A stretch of 64,000 nt of DNA. It comes from Phoronis australis (lineage: Eukaryota; Animalia; Phoronida). Positions 10,837-22,800 of this stretch are shown one piece after another. Position numbers and translations under genes: made by a program. The notes under the pieces were generated by a model. The model was given only the letters and a program-made list of their open reading frames with translations. It was not told the origin of the DNA and did not search any database. The DNA lies in NCBI GenBank assembly GCA_002633005.1, contig NMRA01000659.1, forward strand, positions 124,001 to 188,000, written 5' to 3'. Positions within the stretch are counted from its first letter, which is position 1. The number at the start of each line of letters is the position of its first letter.

Positions 10837-13800
10837 CTGAAATACAAAAATATTACAGAAATAGGAGACAGTGGTTGCTCAATAAAAACTCAATGCTGTA
10901 GTGTTACAGAAGTGTTTAAGGTTCTGTGGGACCTTATCAACAAGCCTGACTTTGTGTATAAGTCACTATTTAACAAAATATCAAGAAATTTAAAGTATAA
11001 ATTTTAACTGGGTAAAAGTACATATTTTCTGAAAGTAGAAAGAAATTTGATTTTTGACTTTTAGCAAACTGTCATTAATTGGGTGGCATGACCATGTCTT
11101 TTTAATTTAGTAAAATTTAGCTAAAAAGAAAGGCACATTGATAGCAAAACAATGATCAAATTTTAATATATGAATGTTCAAGTTGAGATATCAAAATATT
11201 CCTTTTTTGTTACAGTTTTCTAAACTATTATTTTGTTTCAGTTTTATAAACTTTAAAGAGTTTTCATGAAAAACATATTATAGAAATAACATTTTTTGAT
11301 AACTCCTCACCCAATGGTAGAACATTCATTTGTTAAAACAATTCCTAACAACCTTTCTGAGAATAGCACATAAAACAGTATCTGTAACTGTCACATAAAT
11401 CCAATCAGATGTTTCTGAGATATGATGTTCCGAAGTTTGGCCATTTTATAGGAATCTACATAATCTTAACATGCTTGCCAGACACTCTGTGATCAGAGTT
11501 CTCTTGTCAGTTTCGCAGACCCACACTCTGAAATGATTCACTGTGGTCTCCTTTGCTCTAATGAGAAAGTATTATGGCAATCTACACATGCTTGTTGAAG
11601 TTGTGCATTGTTCCATTGCATTGTGTCAAGACAAAAACACTGCCATTTATACTAGTTACCTCTGCACACAATCAATCCATCACCAAATACTTTGTGTTCT
11701 CAAAAGCTAGACGACCTAATTGCAAGCAGTTTAGTGGTGGAGACGCTATTACAACCCAGTTCACAATGCTTAAAGGCGAAGGCAACCTTTTTTCATGTCA
11801 TTTTGAGCTAAAATAAGGTTGGTTGGTTATCCTAGACATATTTTCCACTTAATTACAGCTTTTCGTAATTTTATTAATTACTTGTCCGCTACTCCGGAAG
11901 TGACGTTTTAGGAGGCAAGCGTTTCCCGCCACTTGGTTTTGCGTTGAGTTTACCGTGTGAATCTGTTCTGTTCTACTTTTGTTTTGTGCTGTTTTTCAAC
12001 AATTGTCGCTACCACTTTCCATCGGCGAGAATTCTGCGGCAACATAGGTTAGTAGAGAACTCAACTACGTTGGATTTAGGGATTGTTTGGAGTGTTGTAA
12101 GCTGAAAATGGCTGGACACGGTGACCCGTATCACAGTGACAGTAGTGTGAGTGACGGAGACCTTGTTCACAGCAATGGTGACGAGGAATTTTTTCACGGA
12201 CATTCAGTGGGTGGGTACATGTTTGAGCCCGAGTATAACGAGGCAGAGTACGCACAGGCACAGACAGCTGTTGAGAGAAACGAGGCGGCTACTGAGGACA
12301 GACGTGGCGACACATCTTGGTGCAAATGCACTGTGTGCGTTGTTGTGCCTACCTCAATGGAATGCTTGTGCTGTTCAGAGTTCGACGAGACCAAGCCACT
12401 ACCGGACACGGTTAAGTGGACCTCAGCATACCACAGAGGAACAACTGTCCCACTTGCCAGAGTGTCCCGCGACACACTCCCACTGGATGGTGACCTGAGC
12501 ACCCAAACTGCTTACATCATGTCGTGTGACTCCCTTGCCACACACCTGGCACCTTCTAAATAGCTCCAACACTTTAGACAAGTCCACAATAAACTTATCA
12601 AAGTTTGGCTCACTGATCTGTTCACTGGACGACGAACTGTCCTCTTCACTGGGTGTCGAACTGGGCCTGGAATCACTCCCACTACTCAATATCGCTGCAG
12701 GGCTGCTCAGAGGCTCTGGGCTGGAGAAAACAGCACAGGGCGAATCACTACTGGTTCCAGGAATGGCACGCTCTGGGGTACGTTCGGAGGCACGGGTGAC
12801 AGTAGATGAAGTGCCTCCACTGGCTCCAGTCACTGTACCGGCCACAGCTCGCGAGGCTTCTCGCTTCAAAAACGCACATCTCGGGGGTGGCGACGGGGCA
12901 CTGCCGGGAATCAACACAGATGGAATGGCATCCTGCTTCAGGCGTTGTTTCGCAGGGACCTTCATCAGTTCAGCGTACAAATCCCTTTCGTAATCGGACG
13001 GCAGAAAGTGTTTGCCACACACACGGTAATTCTCGACTGCTTTGTACGTTGCGTGGACGGGTAACGCTGCGCTCTTCACACGAACGAGCCAAGTACGGCG
13101 AAGAGTGTCATCCATCGGAAAGCGATGCAAAGGTACTCCCAAAGCGCGCGTGAAACGATAATTAGTACATCCCGGTACGCAGCAACAGTGTGGCATGTTG
13201 ACTGACTAGTAAATGAAAGCAAACGACGACGGAACTTAACACAACCGAGGTAGAACAATGACTGAGTCGGCAGCTCTCAAAGTCAGACTATATGAAAAGA
13301 AATTGGCACGAAATGCTTGCCTCCTAAAACGTCACTTCCGGAGTAGCGGACGAGTAATTAACAAAATTACGAAAAGATGTAATTAAGTGGAAAATATGTC
13401 TAGGATAACCAACCAACCTTATTTTAGCTCAAAATGACATGAAAAAAGGTTGCCTTTGCCTTTAATATGTGCTTACAATCCACCACTTCTAAGTTTGAAG
13501 CCGACACGTGTAAAACTTGCCCCCTGGAAACAACTTGATTTGAGACAACATTTACCAAAGATGCTCATGAGAGCAAAATCAGAAATCTGGGGTTGAACTT
13601 ATCTTTCTGTAATTAGTTATTTTTTATTACTCTAGTAAGATTAGATAAACAACACAAGTCATGTCTTCCATAAGAATGTCAAAACAAGATTAATCTAGTT
13701 ACTGTCAGTGGTACTAGTCTGCCTAAATTGGAGCATGAAAACCAAAGTGGGTCAAAATTCAGGAAAACATGTTATTTAAATTGCAAAATCATGATGACAA

Positions 13801-16800
13801 AGTGCACTACAACACTTAGTAAGCACCAAACTTTTTAAAATGGTTGGTCAAAGTCCCGAGAAACAAAAACATAGCTGTGCAAAATCTTGAGAAACAAAAA
13901 CATACAGTGCACAGAACAGTATCATTCTTTCCTTCACCTTCGGAACCAAACTTTGACTACAGCCCACTAGCTTGCCCATGACACTGGTCAACATTGCAAA
14001 CTCACCTTAGAATCTTTTAGCAGCTCCGCAAGCCTCGACTGCATGTTGCTCTCCTTTGTGAAGAGATACAAAAACCCGCCACCTCCTGCCCCAGCCATAC
14101 AGGCGGCCATGATGTAAGGCTGCAGTAGACTGATGACTCGAGTGACTGCGGCTGGTTCAGAGCCCACAGCCATGCGCTTCTTCAGCTGCCAGTATTTAGA
14201 GAACTGCTTTCCCACTTTCTCCAGGTCACCTGAATGATGTACGACGAGGTTAAGTAGACACTGGGTTCTCACTTATGTCCCATGCAGGGCAATCTTTGAA
14301 AGCACTGTTTTTGTTCATACTTTGAGGTGTAACCCTGTTCTAAGTTTTTAATGCGGTGAATTAATGTTTGTAATTTCACAAAGAACGATTGAATGGCGTA
14401 AATAGGTGGCTTAAATGGTAAAGATTCATCGACACCAACCTGGATCTTTAAACACATCACTAGATTCTCTCTTCATTTTAAACTAACTTGCAATCTTCAT
14501 TTTTACACATAAAAACTAAAGTCCTTATGGTGTTTGGTAAAGCTTTGACTAACGTAAAGAACACACTTGGTCTAATCAGTGACAGTATGCAACAGTACAA
14601 GAATACACACACGACTAACCTGTCACGAAGGCCGCCCTGCACTCCTCAGCACAGTAAACCAGATTGTCCATTGTGTCCACGATCTCTGGATCTCGGCCAT
14701 ACCAGGCTCTCACAGCATTCTGAAGAAATTGAAGAATGCACGAACATAAAGCAAGCACAGTGATTCTGCCACCGGGGGTCTCTCCAAAAACGGATAGAGG
14801 TGTGGCACTAAGACGTTACAAATACAGACCAACGCAATATCTTTGGTAGATGACAAAATAACCACCTGATACCACACCAAATGATGAAAAACCCTACCCA
14901 AGGTAATACCAAGACTAAAATAGATACTCAAGATAGTACCAACTTTTCAAATACCTTCCAATGTCAAAACCTCTTAAATTTTATTTATTTTGATAAACAA
15001 CAAGCCGCGTGAAGCGCTACTTTCGTGTCCGAGACCCCGGAGCATAGTACCACTATGGCAGAGGTCACCTCCCACGTAGGGAGAAAATTTTGTTAATCAA
15101 ATTGTTGCATAAGAAAATTGGACCATTCAAAACGCTTTCTAGGTCAAAAATATTGACCCAACGATTTCACTCATTATACCCACCCAAAGCATAGCCCAAA
15201 ACTATACCAGATACTTAGCCAAATTACACGCCCGACACAATACCTGAGAGGGCCAAACTAACTACCAGAGTAGGCGGCACATCTCTACTCACCCCTTCTA
15301 TGGGAGAACTCCCCCAACGGTTCTACCACTTAATGAGAGCATGATGCAGATCCACTTTTGAAAACCTGGTTTTTCTGGGAAGGAACCCTTTGCTTGTTTT
15401 TAATTCGGTGTTCATAAATCCACGAAAAGCCCTGCCCCTATCAACACTTCTCTCACCTGCAGAAGATTCTTGGCGAGCCGTGTTTTTCCCGTGTACAATA
15501 GTACAATACGTCTGTTGAAAGCATCCATCACTTCTGGCTGCACGTTGAACTTGTCAATCTTGACCTCCACTGGAAGGCCAGCCGTGCAGTGACCCATCTT
15601 GATGCCAGGTGCCAGACCCCCTACCTGGTCTTGCCAACCACCCCCTGTGGTGAGCAGCTGCTCCACATGCAACACCTGTGAAGGTAAATCAAAAAAAAAA
15701 ACAAAAGGATCCTCCAAAAGTAATGTTTAATTTGTAACAGTTGCTTCCTAAATTGGGCAATATGCCAAATGGTCATATTTTGTTGTCACGAGAAAACAGC
15801 AAACAAGGGGCATATTCCGAACTAAATTTATTGAATGTGTTATCATTCAAGGTAGGACGTAAACCCTTGGTTTAACCAATGGACCAATTTTCAATTGAAG
15901 GACATCATTTAGCAGCCCAGGAAAATTTGCTTTATCACATCTTGTACAGTGCTTTTGTTGAACATCTATGGATCATAGATCATGGGTAAACTGATGCTAC
16001 TATAACAGGCGCAGTACGAAAATATTGCACATTCAGTCCATCAACATCAGCCGAATTTTCTACGCAACCAAAATACGCCAAATTTAACTTTCGAGATTTT
16101 CAATGGAAAATTAATATTAGCTAATTTTGAATCTCTCAATGGAAGCAGCAGAGCGAGAGTTGAGTCACTAAAGTCATACATGTACTCAGTGGAGTCTCTA
16201 CAGTCGTTCATGTGGTCCGTCGAGTCACTACAGTGCATACATGTACTCAGTCAAGTCACTACAGTCATACATAAGCTCAGTCAAGTCACCAGTCATGCAA
16301 GTACTCAGTCGAGTCACTACAGTACATACACGTGCTCAGTCAAGTCACTACAGTACATACATGTGCTCAGTCAAGTCACTACAGTACATACATGTGCTCA
16401 GTCGAGTCACTACAGACATACATAAGCTCAGTCGAGTCACCAGTCATACAAGTACTCAGTCGAGTCACTACAGTCATACAAGTACTCAGTCGAGTCACTA
16501 CAGTCATACACGTGCTCAGTCGAGTCACTACAGTACATACATGTGCTCAGTCGAGTAACTACAGTACATACATGTGCTCAGTCGAGTCACTACAGTACAT
16601 ACATGTGCTCAGTCGAGTCACTACAGTACATACATGTGCTCAGTCGAGAATCACTTGCATACATAACTTACAGCATGAATGAGATCAGTCTCAGAATGTG
16701 AAGCACCAGACAATGTCCAAAGTACAGCCATTGTCACTCCTGCTAAGATACTGCTTGTACCTAAGCCTGAAGTAAAGAAATAATATCTACTTGATAATGC

Positions 16801-19800
16801 TCGTACCTAAGCCTGAAGTAAAGAAATAATATCTACTTGATACCTCTCATGCCTAAGCCTGAAGAATAATATCTACTTGATACTGCTCGTACCTAAACCT
16901 GAAGTAAAGAAATAATATCTACTTGATACTGCTCATGCCTAAGCCTGAAGAATAATATCTACTTGATACTGCTCGTACCTACACCTAAAGTAAAGAGTGA
17001 GATAATATCTACTTAATACTGCTTGTACCTACCAGACAGTGTGAACTAAAGAGACATCTACTTGATACCAAATGATGCAGGTGAGTTACAGGTGCACAAC
17101 AAGTACGAGCACAAATGAAGTCACAAAAAGCTAAAAAAAACTAGAACATTTTTTAAAGGAGACAGGCAGACCTGAAAACTTATTTCAAATACTAAGTAAT
17201 CTGCGTAACAAACAACTTCAGACCCACTGTACACATGACACAAGGTTTCTGATATGTGACCCACCACGACAAAATGAGTCTTAAGTCGGAAACTCATATT
17301 TCCTGACAAGACTGCAAACAGTCGCTATCGGTAAAATTAGGTCAAATTTTTTTATTGCAGATTATGATTATTTATTCATTCTACTCCACAAAACAATACT
17401 TTAAAACGATCAAACTTCATTTTAAACCTTATTTATTTCATTTTGAAAAACATCACCTTCTCCACGACTGCATATCTCGTGAAATTTTCATCGAAATTTG
17501 CCGGTTTTCGTGTCCTCATTGATCAGTCTTCCGATGACCCAATTTCGCTCGTAAACACATCAACAGAAAGGTCAAACTCTGCTCATTATGCATGTAGTAA
17601 TCTCTTTGAGTTTTTCGTCCAATCATAAGTCGTTATTTCACTTTTTGCATTCGGGGTATTTTCAACAGAAGTGTCACTCACCAGTCTTTTAGCTAGTAAC
17701 GACCTTTTAACCCAATGCATCGCTGACCTCATTCGCTAGAACTAGTTAAGTGGGCGTGAAACCGTGAGGTCGCGAGCTAGGTCACGGCATGTTTTCAAGA
17801 CAGTAAGATGGCTGGTCGCTGTGTAGCTGATATCTCAATGATTAACTCTTGCCTCTGACTGCCGTATCAAGATCAGCGAGAATTAACTGAACTCAACAGA
17901 GCACATTTGTTGATTGAGACAAGGAGGAATTTCGTGACAGCAACGAGTCGTCTGACGGCAGCAACTCGTCGCCAGATGAGTTTCATGATCGACCCATCGC
18001 GAATACGGTTGCGTTGGATTCCAAGTCGTTGGATTGGAACAAACAGAACTTGAAGAAAACCGTCCGGATTAGCTTAATCGCACAACAATGTCTTGTATCT
18101 GCAAAGCCAGTGGATCGGGGTGCACGCAGCTGAATATTACTGCAAGAGGGAACAATCTTCGATAGGGCTGAATCACTCGGTGAGAAGTCGAGGAAAGTCG
18201 TTGCTCTTCAGTCAGTGTCAGTGGACTTGGATAGGGATGAGTGATTGTCATTTTTTCAAAATTATTCACACTAGCGTAAAATTTTGAATTATTTCGAACA
18301 AAAATCAGCCACGAACGTGTATTTTGTAATCTACAGGACTTCATTTTATTAAATTTCTCCAAAATACACTTTAACTACTTGTTTTACTTGCGGTAACCCC
18401 TCCTGTCACAAGTGGACTGACCCTGTACACATTAGCTGGGAAATTTATTGACCCAGTTGCAGCAACCCAACATGAATATCACTCATTTTTGGCTGAGATT
18501 ACATGATAAGGTCTATATTTTTTCTAATTTTTATTACTTTTATTTGTTTATGTTGTTGTGCATACTAATAAGTCTGAAATGTAGCATTCAACTGCAGGTT
18601 GTTATGGAAATTTTAAAGACACTGTCAGCACTTTTCGTCGGCCATTTTCCTTGACTTTTGAATGCTCTAAATTTTCGGTTTCCCCGAATAGAATTGGCAA
18701 TAACTCGGTCATTTGTGAAGATAAGGACATGTTTCATACCTCAAAATGATCAGAAAACACTGCGTTTTCAGAAAAAAATAACAATTAAAAAATGACAAAT
18801 CCCGACTTAAGACTCATTTTGTGGTGGTGGGTCACATATCATTAATTGGAAAAGACGGGTAGAGTACACAGTTGTGAAAAAACAAATCTTGACAATCTTT
18901 AATGGATTATTTTGACATTCGGTAATTGCTGCTCAGGACAAAAAACTACCTGGCTTTTAAAACGCAAACTTTTCTGTCAATAAAGGTATCTCTTTTTTAC
19001 TTAGAAAGTGAGAGACAATCCCAACTGCAGTCCTCAACATTTAACCATATTTGTAGACTGAACTTTCTAAATTAAAAAGTTCAGTCAGTGCATTAGTTAC
19101 TTTGTCTTCATTACTAAGTTAAATGAAGACAAAGTAACTAATGCACTAAGTTAAATTTCCCCTTTGATACACAACTAGGGTAAGCTCTATGTTGAGTCCT
19201 CAAGTCTAGTGGAAACAAATACTGACCATTTCATACAAAGCCCTTAATTTAAATTCCCTAGTGTTTATTTTTAACGAAACAAGGACTCGGTATAACGGCA
19301 TTAGAATATGATATGATTTATAGCAGAGCTCATAACAATAATAAAGTAATGGGAATTAAAACATAACATTTGTGAGTGAACAAAGACAAAAATGCACGGC
19401 AGGGAATTTAGTGGACTGCCTACTTGGGAGTGTTTCATTCAACCGGGCAACGGCAGCTCAAACCTCTATGGTGTTTCAGTCTCCCATACAGCCCTGACTT
19501 ACCAGAGCCATGCGGTAGATTGGCCCAGGAGTGCACCTCCAGTCCACTTCCAAGTTTGCTCGTCAGTTGCTGCTCCAGGGTCTGGTTTGAGGAAACATTG
19601 ATCAACTTTGCAGCAATTAGGGCAGCTTTCAAAAGGGCCCCTGGGGTTAAAATAAATTTAAGTTAAGTCAATTCAATAGCTACTGACATTAATACACAGT
19701 ACTTTAAAATGAATCCCTACTTGAGGGAATCCCTACTTGAGGAGAATTCAGCAAAAATGATGTTTGATTTATGAATTTTGCCAAAGCAACACTAAGAATT

Positions 19801-22800
19801 TTGGATGGCGATTAGAGATTAAAATTCTAATCGTCATCCACACATAGTAAGTTTTAAGCAGAGCACAAGGTGAGTTGCAATATTGGTACACAGAACAACT
19901 GAATTCTCTCTAAAGTGCATATTAACTTTACCTTTAGTTAGCTAATAATTGACACGGTGCATAGTTCTCCTACCTGGTGCTTGGGGGCAGCAGTAGTCCT
20001 CCATATCTTTGAGTGTGTTCAACTCTATCACGGAGTCCTTGGAATGTTCAGAAATGAGAACAAGTACAACTTTCAGGCTGAAAAGTTATTAAAAAGCAAA
20101 TCTGTCAAGAAACTCAACAATAAAGCCTAGATGTCACTTTACCAACAGTTGGGTATCCCTACTGTTTTGACCTTTAAATGAATTCTACTGACACTGGAAT
20201 AAAATCTTGCAAGTGTGGGTGAGCCCACAAAGCTTAAACTTGGGTCCAGTGATCTCAATACTTGTGATGATAAGGCTCTACCTGTCATCCTATCTAGTTC
20301 ATTAAGAAAAAGGTATGAAATTTTTCTAGAGGTTTAAAATCAACAGCTTTTGAATATAAACTGAAAACGATAAAATCGTTCCACTTTAGGTCACACTATG
20401 GCAAACAAGTTTTTTATGCAGCACCAAATCAAATGCTGCAGCATTTCTATGTTCAACTTTTGTTCTACAACTACGATCACATCAAAGTTTTGAAAAAGTC
20501 TGAGTATTCACAGTGATGTTAGAGGCACTTGAAAAACAAAGAGAAAGAAAACGTCAAGTTAGCCAATTATTTTTGTATGAAGTTGATGAGATTTTACCGT
20601 GCATACAAAAACAAAAAATGTGTGAAAACAATCTATTCATGTATTAATCAACTTGTGTTTGCTGTGCTATGATATATTGTAGTTTTAGAATTATGGTTAA
20701 AATGAAGGTCATGGGATGAACTTTATTTTCTACTCAGAGAAAAAAACATATTTCCATGATTCCTAAGGATTTGAATAAACAGTCTGTTGATACTTTCATG
20801 GAGTGACAAATTAGTGCGACTCCTGATCTTGAAGACGCATGACTTAACCTTAATATTGAAGAATAAATAGTTTACTTACTCAGGGATTCGACGAGCCTTG
20901 GCCCCAATAGGTTTCTGCAATGATAAGCAGGTAAGTGTTGAAACAAAGAAGTGAAACTTAAGTCAGTAGTCCATCTGAACAACCTCAAACTAGCCACTTG
21001 TGGCCAATGACACAAGGCTATGATGCAACAGTTGTATCAGGACAACATTTCTTTCCAAAACTTTAAATTGATTAATTTTCAAACTACAATCTATTTTGCA
21101 AATAAAAAAGTATAAGCCCAGAAAGCTCAAGAAACATTTAATACACAAAAAATGTGTGTGATGTAAGGATTCTTCTATGCTCCACTATACAAATCAAAAA
21201 TAAAATTTAATTTTATTTTTCTTCAGGGCCTTTTAGAACAAGAGCAACGCAGAGCATTGAAATGCGCCCACGAATGCACTGCAAACGGTGTGCTTCTAGG
21301 GTTGTTTTTTTGTTTCAAAAAATTGCCAATAGATGGCGCAAAAACATCCAATCCACCTGGAAACAAAAAATGCCATCGCTTCTTTAATAGAAAGCTATAT
21401 ACCAAATTCCATGAAAATCTGTCAAGGAACTTCAGAAAAACAAAGGAAAACGGAAAAAAATGAAACTGCCACTAAAGGGCACAGCGTTCATTGGATGGGA
21501 CTGAAAGATGTTGTCTGTTCTTAGCTTCTTATCAATACAATTACTAAGTTTAATAAAGATCATGTAGTGTGTTAAGGAGATGCAGCTATGGGCGCAAAAC
21601 AAAACAAAACTATCACTAGACGGCGCCACAGTAGTCAAATTTGTTATAGTCAACTGTCCTCTTCACGCTGAAAACATACACCCCAATTTTCAAAATCATC
21701 CTTAGAATGGTTTGGTTGTTAGAGGGGTGGACGCCAAACTCGAAAACAGGAAAAATGACAACTAGGTGGCGAAAAGTACCCCAACTCCATCCGAAAACGG
21801 GAGGACAGCATCATCTCACCAATAGATGCCTAAATTCAAAATTGTCTGAAAATCTGTTGAGGACCTTTGAAGATACAGACTGAGGTAAACCTAAAAAATT
21901 AAAATTGCTACTAGGGGTCACACTGGTAGTCAGATCCGTTCGAAAGTTGTTGTCAATGGTTGTGAACATAATATAACACTTGCTAAATTTAGCAAAGATC
22001 CTACAAACGGTTTAGGATATAAGGCCAGGGGCGCAAAAAAAAAACTGCCACTAGGAGGCACCACAATAGTCGAAGTCGTCGGAAAATTATGGTTAGCTTC
22101 GTAGTAAAAAGTAACATACATGACAATTTTCACAGTCATCCTTAGAACCGTTTGGTTGATAGAGGAGTGGAGGCCAAAAAACAGACTCAAAAACAGTAAA
22201 AATGGCCACTAGGTGGTGCAAAATGCCTGAAATTCAACCGAAAACCGGAGGATAGCGTCACCTCACTAATAGATGCCCAGCTGCCAAAATTTTAAGAAAA
22301 TCCGTTGATGACCTTAGAAAATACAGGGTAAACGTAAAAAACTAAAACTGCCACTAGGGGACGCTACAGTAGCCGAAGTTGTCAGAAAATCATCGTCTGA
22401 AAGTCGTCAACCTCTGTTGTCAACTACATATACATGTAAATACACCAGGAAAATTCAACAAAGATCCTGTAGAGCATTTAGGAGATACAGTCATGGGTGC
22501 AAAAGCAAATAAAACTGCCACTAGGAGGTGCCACAGTACTTGAAACCGTCGAAAAATTATCGTCAGCCACCATCTTCACCGAAGGAACATATATGCCAAT
22601 TTTCAAAATCATCCCTAGAGCGGTTTGGTTGATATAAGGGCGCAGAGCACCTCGAATCCATCCCAAACGAAAGGATGGCATCATCTCAGTAATAGATGCC
22701 TAACAGCCAAATTTTATTAGAATTCGTTGAGGACTTCCAAAGATACAGAGGTAAGCGTGAAAAACTAAAACTGCCACTAGGGGGCACTCCGGAAGTCGGA

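Larger units (their letters stand above)
11774..13461. mobile_element. Kolobok DNA transposon, internally deleted (1688 bp)
   Basis: TTAA TSD (11770-73 and 13462-65), AGG...CCT termini, ~158-bp near-identical TIRs, two convergent ORFs (THAP-containing and Cys-rich KolX-like). Confidence 0.88.

Noticed and set aside
12526-13153. Plus-strand ORFs of 155 and 115 aa
   Set aside because: Antisense shadows of the GC-rich THAP ORF.
11774-13461. piggyBac or P-element assignment
   Set aside because: TTAA fits piggyBac, but the termini are AGG/CCT rather than CCY/RGG and piggyBac lacks THAP. P elements have THAP but 7-8-bp TSDs. THAP plus TTAA plus a KolX-like ORF fits Kolobok.
16162-17068. Possible CRISPR-like array or repetitive protein ORFs (16180-16682)
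   Set aside because: Head-to-tail minisatellites with no unique spacers in a spliceosomal-intron context; the ORFs are by-products of the repeat.
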